Shown: positions 20,054-29,591 of the stretch, one piece after another
Layout of the letters: each line of letters opens with the position of its first letter
How positions within the stretch are numbered: position 1 is the first letter of the stretch
Assembly (NCBI GenBank): GCA_022820825.1
Contig: JAJEEU010000017.1
Coordinates: 17,292-81,291 of the forward strand
Length of the DNA stretch: 64,000 nt
Reading direction: 5' to 3'
Source of the DNA: Vicinamibacteria bacterium
Lineage (GTDB): Bacteria; Acidobacteriota; Vicinamibacteria; Vicinamibacterales; UBA8438
The notes under the pieces: model-generated
Told to the model about the DNA's origin: nothing
Database searches by the model: none
Seen by the model: the letters and a program-made list of their open reading frames with translations, nothing else
Translations under genes and position numbers: made by a program

Positions 20054-20770
20054 TCAGGTTGCGGTGGCCTCACCGAGCGCGCGCCGTGCGGTGCGGGTGA
20101 CCAGCGCCGTCACCGCGATGGTGGCCGCCAGGCCGAGGACGACCACGGTGTAATAGACGGGCCCGCGCTCCGGCGCGGCGCCGCCGGCCAGGCGGATGAC
20201 GTCGCCAACGACGACCCCCGAATACGTGTACAGGAGCGAGCCGGGCAGCATGCCGATGGAAGCCGCGACGTAATCGGCGAAGCGGACCTTGGTCAGCCCC
20301 AGCGAGTAGTTCAGCAGGTTGAACGGGAAGACCGGGGACAGCCGCAGCAGCATCACGATCTTGAGCCCTTCGCGGCCGATCGCCCGGTCCACGGCGGCGA
20401 AGCGGGCGTTGCCCTGGATGCGCTGCTCGATCGCCTCGCGCGCGACGTAGCGGGCGAGCAGGAAGGCAAGCGACGCGCCGGTCGTGGCGCCCAGCATCAC
20501 GTACAGCACGCCCGGCCCGAGTCCGAACGTGGCGCCGGCGGCGACCGACAGGACGGCGCCCGGGACGAACGCCACGGTGGCCGCCGCGTAGCCGGCCATG
20601 AAGACGAGCGGCCCGATCGCGCCGAGCCCGTCGACCCACACCACGAACTGGTCGAGCAGGTTGCCGAACTGGCGCCCCAGGGCGATCAGGGCGATCACGG
20701 CGACTATACCGACGAGAATCCGGCCGACAGGCTGGTTGCGCGAGCTCTCTGCGGGCTTGTCCGTTTCCAT
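20054..20770 (-). CDS. TVP38/TMEM64 (DedA-related) membrane protein
   Basis: 238 aa. [18 protein letters not shown] ... [21 protein letters not shown] is typical of this family. Confidence 0.85.
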   Translation of the reverse strand: METDKPAESSRNQPVGRILVGIVAVIALIALGRQFGNLLDQFVVWVDGLGAIGPLVFMAGYAAATVAFVPGAVLSVAAGATFGLGPGVLYVMLGATTGASLAFLLARYVAREAIEQRIQGNARFAAVDRAIGREGLKIVMLLRLSPVFPFNLLNYSLGLTKVRFADYVAASIGMLPGSLLYTYSGVVVGDVIRLAGGAAPERGPVYYTVVVLGLAATIAVTALVTRTARRALGEATAT

Positions 20771-20875
20771 TGCCTTCCTCTATCCACGATAGCATCGCCG
20801 CCGCCGGGCGGGCGTTCGGCGGTTCGGCGGCACCGCAGCGGCCGCGGTGCTATAACGGAGAGAGGACGTTTTGCG

Positions 20876-22270
20876 ATGGCGGTCAGCGTCTTCGACCTCT
20901 TCACGATAGGCATCGGGCCGTCGAGCTCCCACACGGTCGGTCCGATGCGGGCGGCGCGGCAGTTCGCGCTGGCGCTGCAGGAAGCGGGGAGCCTCCGGAG
21001 GACGACCCGCGTCCGGGTCCATCTGTACGGCTCGCTGGCGGCCACCGGGCGCGGTCACGGCAGCCACAACGCGCTCATGCTGGGGCTGGAGGGGGACACC
21101 CCCGAGGAAGCCGACGTCGACCGGCTGCCGGCGCGCACGGCCGCCATCACCGAGGGCGGCCGGCTGAGTTTGTTGGGCCTGCACCCGATCCGGTTCGATC
21201 CGGCGGAGGACCTCGTCTTCGAGCGGCGCGGGCGGTTGCCGGGCCACCCGAACGGAATGCGGTTCGTCGCGCTGGCGGACGGCGACGTCGTCGACGAGCG
21301 CATCTACTACTCCGTGGGCGGCGGTTTCGTGGCGACTGCCGATGCCAAGGGGCGGCCGGTGCTGGCAGAGCGCGACACGCGGCTGCCCCTGGCGTTCACA
21401 AGCGCGCGGGAGCTGCTGGAGTTGTGCGAGCGCCACCGCCTGCCGGTCAGCGGCGTGATGCTGCGCAACGAGCAGGCCTGGCGCCCGGAGGCCGATGTGC
21501 GCGCCGGCCTGCTGGCGATCTGGCGGGCGATGCAGCAGTGCGTCCGGCGCGGCTGCGAGCAGGAGGGGGAGCTGCCCGGGCTGCACGTCGAGCGCCGTGC
21601 CGCGAAGCTGTACCGGCAGCTCTCCGGCCAGCCGGAAGCCTCGCCGCGGGATGCGCTGGCCGCCATGGATTGGGTGAATCTGTACGCCCTGGCCGTGAAC
21701 GAGGAGAACGCCATGGGCGGCCGGGTGGTGACGGCCCCCACCAACGGCGCGGCAGGCATCGTCCCGGCCGTGCTGCACTACTACGCCCGCTTCTGTGATG
21801 TTGCGGACGAGGACGGCGTGGTCCGCTTCCTGCTCACGGCCGGCGCCATCGGCCTGCTGTTCAAGACCAACGCCTCGATCAGCGGCGCCGAGGTCGGCTG
21901 CCAGGGCGAGGTGGGCTCGGCCTGCTCCATGGCCGCCGGTGCGCTGACCGAGGTGCTCGGGGGCACCCCGGAGCAGGTGGAGAACGCGGCGGAGATCGCC
22001 ATGGAGCACAATCTGGGCCTCACCTGCGATCCCGTGGGCGGGCTGGTGCAGGTTCCGTGCATCGAGCGCAACGCGATGGCCGCAGTGGAGGCCATCAACG
22101 CCTCGCGCCTGGCGCTGCGCGGCAGCGGCCGGCACTTCGTCTCCCTCGACAAGGTCATCCGGACGATGCGCGACACCGGCCGCGACATGCAGGAGAAGTA
22201 CAAGGAAACCTCCCGCGGCGGCCTGGCGACGCACGTGATCCAGGTGGCGGTCAACGTCACCGAGTGTTGA
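20876..22270 (+). CDS. sdaA: L-serine ammonia-lyase (iron-sulfur dependent)
   Basis: 464 aa. [28 protein letters not shown]-terminus, with [17 protein letters not shown] and [17 protein letters not shown] cluster-binding regions. Confidence 0.95.
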   Translation: MAVSVFDLFTIGIGPSSSHTVGPMRAARQFALALQEAGSLRRTTRVRVHLYGSLAATGRGHGSHNALMLGLEGDTPEEADVDRLPARTAAITEGGRLSLLGLHPIRFDPAEDLVFERRGRLPGHPNGMRFVALADGDVVDERIYYSVGGGFVATADAKGRPVLAERDTRLPLAFTSARELLELCERHRLPVSGVMLRNEQAWRPEADVRAGLLAIWRAMQQCVRRGCEQEGELPGLHVERRAAKLYRQLSGQPEASPRDALAAMDWVNLYALAVNEENAMGGRVVTAPTNGAAGIVPAVLHYYARFCDVADEDGVVRFLLTAGAIGLLFKTNASISGAEVGCQGEVGSACSMAAGALTEVLGGTPEQVENAAEIAMEHNLGLTCDPVGGLVQVPCIERNAMAAVEAINASRLALRGSGRHFVSLDKVIRTMRDTGRDMQEKYKETSRGGLATHVIQVAVNVTEC

Positions 22271-22403
22271 GCCGGCGGCCTGCCGGCGCGCCGCGCCGCA
22301 TTATTGTCGCCCGTCGGCTGACTTCTGACTCCCCGCGTCAAAAGCGATCATATGGCGAAAGCATGTGGTATGCTGCCTGGCGGGGTCGGGGTGTGGAGGA
22401 CCG

Positions 22404-23225
22404 ATGGATTTCGGGGGGCCGTGGACGCAAGAAAAGCTGGAGATCCTGGAGCACTATCTCGACGCCTACACGACAGCGCTGAAGAACAAGTCGTTCAAGT
22501 TGTTGTACATCGACGCGTTTGCGGGGACTGGGCAGATCGAAACGCAAGAAAGAGAAACAGCGGAGTTCCTGGCCGGATCTCCAGTGCGAGCCATCGCGGT
22601 CGGTAACAAGCCGTTCGACGAGTTGATCTTCGTTGAGAAGCAAGCTGCGCGCGCTGCGGAGCTGCAGCGGCTTCGGGACAAGCATCCCCACAGGAACATC
22701 AGGATCGAGAACGCCGAAGCAAACGGCTTCCTGCTCAACCTCCGGAAGGATTGGCAGACATGGCGCGGCGTCCTGTTTCTCGATCCGTTTGCAACTGAGG
22801 TGAGATGGTCGACGATACAGGCCATCGAGAGCTACAAGGCCCTCGACACTTGGATTCTATTCCCCGTTTCCGCAATTGCACGGATGCTACCAACATCGAG
22901 GACGCCCGATGACATATCGCGGCAATGGGCACAGCGCTTGACCGACGTATTCGGAGGCGAGAGTTGGCGCGAGTTGTACCGAGAGAACCCGCAGCGAGGC
23001 TTGTTCGGAGATCCCGGCTCGGTCAGAGAGAAAGGCGTCGACGGACTCGTGCGAATCTACAAGAGCAATCTGCAGGAATTGTTCGGTGATCGCTTCCTGG
23101 GAAATTCGAGGCGCTTGACGAGCTCCACGGGGTCTCCACTCTTCGAATTCATGTTCTGTGCTGGTAATCCTCGGGGAATCAACGTAGCACACCGTATCGC
23201 GAGTCACATCCTGGACCGGATGTAG
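22404..23225 (+). CDS. three-Cys-motif partner protein TcmP-like (methyltransferase-fold-like)
   Basis: Start at [19 protein letters not shown] (ATG 22404, GGAGGA 4 nt upstream). Motifs YIDAFAGTG and VLFLDPF. Sits directly upstream of a DUF5131 gene, which is the defining context of TcmP as I recall TIGR04474. Confidence 0.7.
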   Translation: MDFGGPWTQEKLEILEHYLDAYTTALKNKSFKLLYIDAFAGTGQIETQERETAEFLAGSPVRAIAVGNKPFDELIFVEKQAARAAELQRLRDKHPHRNIRIENAEANGFLLNLRKDWQTWRGVLFLDPFATEVRWSTIQAIESYKALDTWILFPVSAIARMLPTSRTPDDISRQWAQRLTDVFGGESWRELYRENPQRGLFGDPGSVREKGVDGLVRIYKSNLQELFGDRFLGNSRRLTSSTGSPLFEFMFCAGNPRGINVAHRIASHILDRM

Positions 23226-23227
23226 CC

Positions 23228-23983
23228 ATGTCTACGCATTCGAACATCGAGTGGACTGAGACGACGTGGAACCCCGTTACGGGGTGCTCCAAGATCAGCC
23301 AGGGTTGCACGCATTGCTACGCCGAACGGATGGCGATGCGGCTGCAAGCAATGGGAGTAAGCAGGTACCGGAACGGATTCGACGTCGCGGTGCATGAAGA
23401 AGCACTCACGGAGCCACTGCGGTGGAGGCAACCACGGCTCGTGTTCGTCAATTCGATGTCAGATCTGTTTCATCCGTCTGTGCCTGTGCCGTTCATCGAA
23501 GCGGTGTTCGCAATCATGAACCGGGCTGCCCGCCACACCTTTCAAGTACTGACGAAGCGGCCGGAGCGGGTGCAGCTTCTTGGCGATCGGGTCTCTTGGA
23601 CCCCGAACATCTGGCTTGGTGTAAGCATCGAGTCGGAGCGCTGGCTGAGCCGTCGGGCGCTGCTGGTCGACACGGGTGCCGAGACCAAATTTCTCTCACT
23701 TGAACCGTTGCTCGGTCCACTGCCGGATCTGGAGCTGGCCGGTATCGACTGGGTGATCGCCGGGGGAGAATCAGGGCCAGGGGCAAGACCGATGCAGCCT
23801 GCGTGGGTCAGGGATATCAGGAACGCCTGCGTACGAAACGGCGTACCGTTTTTCTTCAAGCAGTGGGGTGGCGTATTCAAGAAGCGGACGGGCCGCGAAC
23901 TGGATGGGCGGACCTGGAATCAAATGCCGGATGGGGTCGCCCGCTCCTCCGTGCCTCCAACCGGAGATGCCACCATTGTCTGA
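23228..23983 (+). CDS. DUF5131 / phage Gp37-Gp68 family three-Cys protein
   Basis: N-terminus SNIEWTETTWNPVTGCSKISQGCTHCYAERMA (C-x6-C-x2-C), then FVNSMSDLFH and DWVIAGGESGPGARPM, the family hallmarks as I know them. Starts 2 nt after the TcmP stop. Confidence 0.85.
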   Translation: MSTHSNIEWTETTWNPVTGCSKISQGCTHCYAERMAMRLQAMGVSRYRNGFDVAVHEEALTEPLRWRQPRLVFVNSMSDLFHPSVPVPFIEAVFAIMNRAARHTFQVLTKRPERVQLLGDRVSWTPNIWLGVSIESERWLSRRALLVDTGAETKFLSLEPLLGPLPDLELAGIDWVIAGGESGPGARPMQPAWVRDIRNACVRNGVPFFFKQWGGVFKKRTGRELDGRTWNQMPDGVARSSVPPTGDATIV

Positions 23984-24059
23984 CACGGATGACGCGAACT
24001 GGACTCACTATTCGCCGGGCGCCCGGGTTCCGGTATGGGTTATCGTCTGAACACGAACC

Positions 24060-25010
24060 ATGGCGCGACCTCCGTTCGGCGAACCGGATCCGGATCAGCA
24101 GATCCGCGTTGCCGCGTTGGCAGCCATCGAGAAGTTGTCGCGGCGGTGGTCGGGAAGGGTGCCCTGGGATGCGATCACCGCCGGCTTTCGTGTCGCCGGC
24201 CAGACGGTCTTGTTCGCGAATCGCGCGAAGGGAATCTTCAAGCAGAGACAGATGAGTGCCGCTCTCAGCATCAAGACCGGGGTGCCGCGGCCCGGTCGGC
24301 CAACCTGGTATCGCGATCAGGAAATCGATTCGGCAAGCCTCGACGGCGCTACCGGTCTGCTACGCTACGATCTTGCGCGCGGCGGCCTGAGCGATCCGAC
24401 CAACCGCGCCCTTCAGGATGCATGGCGGCGCGGCGCGCCGCTCATCTACTTCATCGGTGTTGCGCCGGCAGTGTACCGTCCGATCTTTCCGGTCAGGATC
24501 GCCGATTTCAGACCGGCTGCGGGCCACGCGATGCTGGCCACCGATGACTTCGAGATCGTCGAGAGCAAATCGGGCAAGGTGGCGCGAGAAGGGATCGAAG
24601 CATCGTATTCCCTGACAACAACCTACAGTCGGAATCACCAGGCGTGGTTCAGCACGCTCACCAAAGCGGCCTACCAGTGGAGGTGCGCGTTCAGCGGCCT
24701 GCCGGTTCGCGCCCTGCTTGTTGGCGCGCACATCGTCCCCGACGCTGACGGGGGGCCGCCGTCGGTGCGGAACGGAATCTGCATGTCCGCGCTCCACCAC
24801 GTCGCCTTCGATTCGCACTTGATTAGCGTAGACCCCGATTTTCGAGTTCACGTGTCGTCGCGGTTGCAGGAAGAGCAAGACGGACAGTTGCTGGCAGGGC
24901 TCAAGGAACTCGACGGAACGAGCCTCAGGCTTCCGACTGATCGTGATGACTGGCCGCGACGCGAATTCCTGGAACGACGTTTCAGCCGGTTCAGGGCGTC
25001 AGATAGATAG
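24060..25010 (+). CDS. HNH endonuclease with N-terminal putative base-reading (SRA/PUA-like) domain; restriction-type
   Basis: C-terminal WRCAFSGLPVRALLVGAHIVP...VRNGICMSALHHVAFDSHLISVDPDF (HNH_2-type). N-terminal GIFKQ...LSIKT...WYRDQ...LRYDLARGG...NRAL...PLIYFIGV pattern recalls COG3440-like restriction nucleases. The N-domain assignment is tentative. Confidence 0.7.
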   Translation: MARPPFGEPDPDQQIRVAALAAIEKLSRRWSGRVPWDAITAGFRVAGQTVLFANRAKGIFKQRQMSAALSIKTGVPRPGRPTWYRDQEIDSASLDGATGLLRYDLARGGLSDPTNRALQDAWRRGAPLIYFIGVAPAVYRPIFPVRIADFRPAAGHAMLATDDFEIVESKSGKVAREGIEASYSLTTTYSRNHQAWFSTLTKAAYQWRCAFSGLPVRALLVGAHIVPDADGGPPSVRNGICMSALHHVAFDSHLISVDPDFRVHVSSRLQEEQDGQLLAGLKELDGTSLRLPTDRDDWPRREFLERRFSRFRASDR

Positions 25011-25191
25011 CGGCCGCAGGCGCGGGGCATGGATGGCCAACGCGCCACATCTGCCTGCAACTGTCGCCGCTATACTGGCTGCGTGACCCGCACCTACGTT
25101 GCCGTCGTCGTCGTCCAGATTGTGGTGCTGGCGGCGCTCTGGCTTCTCTCCCTGCACTTCGCGGCCTGAACGGTCGGCCAAGCCCCGATCG

Positions 25192-26868
25192 ATGCACCTC
25201 ATCGACTGGATCATCGTCACCGCCTATCTGGCCTGGGTGCTCTACGACGGCGTGAAGCGCGCCAGGGCCACCGGCGCCGTCGAGGGCTACTTCCTGGCGT
25301 CGCGGTCGCTGCCCTGGTGGGCGGTCGGCCTGTCGGTGATGGCCACCCAGATGAGCGCCATCACGCTGGTGGGGACGACGGGGCAGGGCTACGACGACGG
25401 CCTCCGCTTCGTGCAGTTCTACTTCGGCCTGCCGCTGGCGATGATCATCCTGTCGCTGACGCTGGTGCCGTTCTTCCACCGCGCGCGCGTCTTCACGGCC
25501 TACGAGTACCTCGAGCGGCGCTTCGACGCCCGCACGCGGGCGCTGGCCAGCCTGCTCTTCTTGATGTCTCGCGGTCTCAGCGCCGGCGTGATCATCGCCG
25601 CCCCCGCCGTCATCCTGTCCATCGTGCTCGGCTGGAGCCTGCCGCTCACCGTCCTGGCGATAGGCATTCCCACGACGGTCTACACCATGCTGGGCGGGGT
25701 GCAGGCGGTCACCTGGGCCGACGTGAAGCAGATGGTCGTGATCATGGTGGGGGTGACGGCCGCGGTGGTCGCGCTCATCCTCGGCCTGCCGGACGACATG
25801 TCGCTGGAGCCGGTGCTGCACGTCGCCGGCGCCACCGGCCGGCTGCAGGCCATCGACTTCACGTTCGACCTGAACGAGACGTACACCTTCTGGTCGGGCC
25901 TGCTGGGCGGATTGTTCCTGATGCTGGGCTACTTCGGCTGCGACCAGAGCCAGGTCCAGCGCTACCTCACGGCGAAGTCGGTGGACGCCGGACGGCAGTC
26001 GCTGCTGATGAGCGCGTTCGCCAAGATCCCGCTGCAGGTGCTCATCCTGATGATGGGCGTGCTGGTCTTCTGCTTCTACCTCTTCTCCGAGCCGCCGATG
26101 CTCTTCAACCAGGCGCACCAGGGGGCGATCGAGGCGAGCGGGCGGTCGGGCGAGTACCGCGCGCTGGAGGACGAGTTCCGGGCTGCGCACGCCGGCCGGC
26201 GCAGCGATGCGGCGGAGGTGGTGGCGGCGCGTGAAGCCGGCGACGCGGGACGCACCGCGGAAGCCACCGCGTCGTTCGTCGAGAGCGACCGCCGGGTGGG
26301 CGAGGTCAGGGCGCGCGCCCGGAGCCTGGTGCGCGACGTGACGGGGGACGCGGCCTACACCGACGTCAACTACGTGTTCCCGACCTTCATCACCACCTAC
26401 CTGCCGGTCGGCCTGGTCGGCCTGCTGATCGCCGCCATCTTCGCGGCCGCCATGTCGAGCATCGCCGCCGAGCTCAACGCCCTCTCGGCCGCCACGGTCA
26501 TCGACTTCTACCGCCGCCGCGTGCGCCCCGGCGCCTCGGACGCCCACTACTTGCGCGTTTCGAAAGGCGCCACCGCCTTCTGGGGCCTGTTCGCGTCGGT
26601 CACCGCGCTGTACGCCGCCAACCTCGGCTCGCTGATCGAGGTGGTCAACCGCTTCGGATCGTTCTTCTACGGCTCGCTGCTCGGCGTGTTCGTCCTCGCG
26701 GTCGGCATGCCCCGGGCGACCGCCGGCGGGGCGTTCTGGGGCCTGATCGGCGGCATGGCGTCAGTGGCCGCCGTGGCGACCTTCACCGACGTCTCGTTCA
26801 TGTGGCACAACCTCGTCGGCGTGGTCGCCGTCTGCGTGATCGGCGGCGCGAGCGCGCTGCGGCGGTAG
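25192..26868 (+). CDS. sodium:solute symporter (SSF) family transporter
   Basis: Start at [15 protein letters not shown] (ATG 25192). About 13 TM helices. [33 protein letters not shown] is typical of SSF. Confidence 0.9.
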   Translation: MHLIDWIIVTAYLAWVLYDGVKRARATGAVEGYFLASRSLPWWAVGLSVMATQMSAITLVGTTGQGYDDGLRFVQFYFGLPLAMIILSLTLVPFFHRARVFTAYEYLERRFDARTRALASLLFLMSRGLSAGVIIAAPAVILSIVLGWSLPLTVLAIGIPTTVYTMLGGVQAVTWADVKQMVVIMVGVTAAVVALILGLPDDMSLEPVLHVAGATGRLQAIDFTFDLNETYTFWSGLLGGLFLMLGYFGCDQSQVQRYLTAKSVDAGRQSLLMSAFAKIPLQVLILMMGVLVFCFYLFSEPPMLFNQAHQGAIEASGRSGEYRALEDEFRAAHAGRRSDAAEVVAAREAGDAGRTAEATASFVESDRRVGEVRARARSLVRDVTGDAAYTDVNYVFPTFITTYLPVGLVGLLIAAIFAAAMSSIAAELNALSAATVIDFYRRRVRPGASDAHYLRVSKGATAFWGLFASVTALYAANLGSLIEVVNRFGSFFYGSLLGVFVLAVGMPRATAGGAFWGLIGGMASVAAVATFTDVSFMWHNLVGVVAVCVIGGASALRR

Positions 26869-26894
26869 GACGCGGTGAAGCAGGCGCGACGCTG

Positions 26895-27698
26895 CTACTT
26901 GCCGCGGTAGTGGGAGACCGTGGGCCACGCGCCGCGCAATGATCCGCGGTGGCGTGCGAGCAAGGAGAACGCATCGGACGACGGATCGGGCGTGGCTGGC
27001 TGCTGATCCGCGTCCAGGTACAGGCAGCCGATTTCTGCGGGCGGAAGATCCGCCACCAGCTTTCGAGCTCGCGCGGCAGCCTCCAGCCACCGCTGCTTGA
27101 GGACGCCGAGATCGAGCGGCTCGCGAAGCGCCAGCCGGTCGAGATCACGCTGCGTATAGGCCGCATGCCGCGCCACTTGATCCAGCAGGAATTCCGGGGT
27201 GAAGCCCGGGTCCTTGCCGCACGCCGCCCACGCCAGTGCCCCAAGCGACAGGTACGTTTCTTCGAGGTGGAGCATATCGACGAAGTCGCGGATCTCGCTT
27301 CGGCCTGCCAGGGCCAGAACCTTGTTGACCGCGGCGTCCGCGTCGTGCAGGCGATAGCCGAGCCGGTCGTCTTCCTGAATCGGATAGAACCTGAAAGCGC
27401 TGTCCTGCGCCCACTCGATCTTCAACGACTCCGTGTCCGCCCGCACCACCGCGCGGTGGAAGGTGGGAGTCCGCAGCAGCCACGAGAAGTCAAAGCCGGC
27501 CGCTCCGAGCGTCGCAGCATCCGTTTCCGCGCATTGCGCGACGCTGTCCTCCAGGTCATGAAACAGATCGAGATCGAGCGAGTAGCGCGGAGTCCCCTCC
27601 GCACGGTTGAGCACGGTCGCTCCCGCGACATAGCTGTCGGGGCTGCGGTTGGCGGCGATGAGCCGCAGTACCTCCGCCTGGATTGTGCTCAACGGCAT
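26895..27698 (-). CDS. nucleotidyltransferase AbiEii/AbiGii-family toxin
   Basis: 267 aa. VAGATVLNRAEGTPRYSLDLDLFHD matches the GGxAL...R-x-S-x-DLD(L/F) NTase motif of AbiEii. Confidence 0.75.
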   Translation of the reverse strand: MPLSTIQAEVLRLIAANRSPDSYVAGATVLNRAEGTPRYSLDLDLFHDLEDSVAQCAETDAATLGAAGFDFSWLLRTPTFHRAVVRADTESLKIEWAQDSAFRFYPIQEDDRLGYRLHDADAAVNKVLALAGRSEIRDFVDMLHLEETYLSLGALAWAACGKDPGFTPEFLLDQVARHAAYTQRDLDRLALREPLDLGVLKQRWLEAAARARKLVADLPPAEIGCLYLDADQQPATPDPSSDAFSLLARHRGSLRGAWPTVSHYRGK

Positions 27699-27710
27699 GC
27701 GCGCTGCTCG

Positions 27711-28028
27711 TCAGCCGGGTGTCCTTTCGGTGTCATTGCCGCGCCCGGTATGGCTGGCGGCCGCCAGACGCGCCGCGACAAGGAATCCCCTCCGACCGCC
27801 GTTCCGCCGCAGTCCACGGATGATCTCCGGGATATCGTCGAGCGTGACGGCCATGTCGCGCCGCAGGTACCAGAAGCACTGGGAGTGGAACTCCTGCAAT
27901 GCCCGCCGCGCCTCTCGAATCCGCACCATGTTGCGCGCCTCGGCTGAAGACAACTCGCGGCGGCTTCGAACCCCGCCCTTGCGGCCGATCCGGGAGAAGT
28001 ACGCTCGCACTGCCCGGGGCGCGCCCAT
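27711..28028 (-). CDS. small basic protein, putative cognate antitoxin/regulator of AbiEii
   Basis: 105 aa, ending 12 nt upstream of the AbiEii ATG. Basic N-terminus (RIGRKGGVRSRRELS) and FWYLRRDMAVTLDDIPEIIRGLRRNG C-terminal segment. Much shorter than a canonical AbiEi. Confidence 0.4.
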   Translation of the reverse strand: MGAPRAVRAYFSRIGRKGGVRSRRELSSAEARNMVRIREARRALQEFHSQCFWYLRRDMAVTLDDIPEIIRGLRRNGGRRGFLVAARLAAASHTGRGNDTERTPG

Positions 28029-28070
28029 CGCGTCATCCTATCATAAGCGGCTTACGCTCTTGACGACATC

Positions 28071-29507
28071 CTACCGCGCTCGCGCCGGCTCCAGCTTGCG
28101 GACCCAGCCGTCGCTCTTCGTCAGCAGGTAGAGCTCCCCGGCGGAGTCGATGCCCAGGCGTGCGTCCGCCCGGTCGCCGGGACCGTACGTGTTGGGGAAG
28201 CCGACCGCCTCGGCGAGGTCGCGCTCCTGGCCGTCGAGCACCAGCCGGAGCTCCCGGATCTCGGCGAGTTGGCCGGGCACGAGCGTGTCCGCGTCGATGT
28301 AGAACACGCGGCCGCGCGGGAAATCGGTGAAGACGTACTTGCCCTGCAGCTCTGGAATGGCCCGGCCCCGATAGACGAACCCGCCGCTGATAGCGTTGCC
28401 CTCGTCGTGGTCGTATTGCGCCACCGGATACACGAAGGGCTGCTCGTCCTGCGCCGGCGGCGGATACACCTGTCCCCGGCGACCGCCCTCGACCGCGAAA
28501 CCCGTGGCGAACGTGCCCTCCCGCAGCCGCCAGCCGTAGTTGGCGCCGGGCACCCCCAGATTGATCTCCTCGACCATGCCCTGGCCGATTTCACCCATGA
28601 ACATCCTGCCGTCCGTGTCCCAGGAGAACTGCTGCGCGTGCCGCAGGCCGTAGGCCCAGATCTCGGGAGCGACACCCGCATCGCCCACGAACGGGTTGTC
28701 CGCCGGAATGCCGTACCCCCTGCCGCCGTCGCCGCCCAGCGGGTCGATGCGGATGATCGCGCCGTGGGGCTCACTGAGGATTTGGCCGTAGTCGAGCGGA
28801 TCGTTGGCCGCCCCGCCGTCCCCGAGGCTGGCGTACAGGAGCCCGTATTCCGGCGATCCCTCCGCGGCCGTCGGATTGAACGCGATGACGCCGATGTTGT
28901 GGTTGGGGGCGAACTCGCCGATCCGGAACACCTCGCGCGACGTGCCCGTGAAGACGTTGGCCCGCGGATCGTCGGCCGTCCACTCCCGGATAACGCTCTC
29001 GTGGCTGCCCGCGTCGTCGTCCAGATAGTCGGCGCGCCCGCTGTCCGAGCGGGCGCTGTAGGCCGTATAGAGCTTCCCGAATCCCGGCGCGCCGGCCGAG
29101 GCGAACTGCGGGTGGAACGCGGCCGCCACCAGGCCGGCCTCGTTGACGAACATCGAGTCGTCGAAGCCGACGTCGCGGGTGCGGACGTCCAGGTACTCGA
29201 CCGGCTCCATCCCGTTCTCGTCGGTGATGTACAGCACGCCGCGCGTGTCATTGAGGACGAGGCGCCCCGAGCCGTCCCCGAGCGGCGTCAGGTACTGGAT
29301 GCGGGCATGCGACTCGGTCGTGATGACGTTCACCACCGAATCTTCCGTTCGCGGAGCGCGCACGAACGGTGTCGCTGCCACGACCAGGTCGCCCTTGAGG
29401 ATCGGTTCCGGAATGGGATCGGCGAGGGGCTCCACCTGTGCCGCGACCGGGAAGGCCGCGGCGGCGAAGATCGCGGCGGTCATACCGACCGCTAGAGTCA
29501 GGCGCAT
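28071..29507 (-). CDS. PQQ-dependent sugar (glucose/sorbosone) dehydrogenase-like beta-propeller, secreted
   Basis: Start at MRLTLAVGMTAAIFAAAAFPVAAQ (signal peptide). HNIGVIAFNP, GDGGAANDP, EIWAYGLRHAQQFSWD and NYGWRLREG match soluble GSDH-type motifs. Confidence 0.8.
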   Translation of the reverse strand: MRLTLAVGMTAAIFAAAAFPVAAQVEPLADPIPEPILKGDLVVAATPFVRAPRTEDSVVNVITTESHARIQYLTPLGDGSGRLVLNDTRGVLYITDENGMEPVEYLDVRTRDVGFDDSMFVNEAGLVAAAFHPQFASAGAPGFGKLYTAYSARSDSGRADYLDDDAGSHESVIREWTADDPRANVFTGTSREVFRIGEFAPNHNIGVIAFNPTAAEGSPEYGLLYASLGDGGAANDPLDYGQILSEPHGAIIRIDPLGGDGGRGYGIPADNPFVGDAGVAPEIWAYGLRHAQQFSWDTDGRMFMGEIGQGMVEEINLGVPGANYGWRLREGTFATGFAVEGGRRGQVYPPPAQDEQPFVYPVAQYDHDEGNAISGGFVYRGRAIPELQGKYVFTDFPRGRVFYIDADTLVPGQLAEIRELRLVLDGQERDLAEAVGFPNTYGPGDRADARLGIDSAGELYLLTKSDGWVRKLEPARAR

Positions 29508-29591
29508 AGTCCTTGCTCGCTTGGCTGCATCAGACAGTAGCAAGTCTCACCGAACGGTGCAGGCACATCACGCACGGTCGGTCCGGCGAAG

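Noticed and set aside
22271-22300. GCCGGC-GGCCT-GCCGGC hairpin just after the sdaA stop as a terminator
   Set aside because: It has only a 6-bp stem and no following T-run. This is plausible but not supportable by eye.
24015-24026. 12-bp perfect palindrome CCGGGCGCCCGG between the DUF5131 and HNH genes, and 10-bp palindrome CAACGCGTTG at 41316-41325
   Set aside because: Short GC-rich palindromes are expected many times by chance in 64 kb of this composition. There is no U-tract or repeat context to call a terminator or operator.
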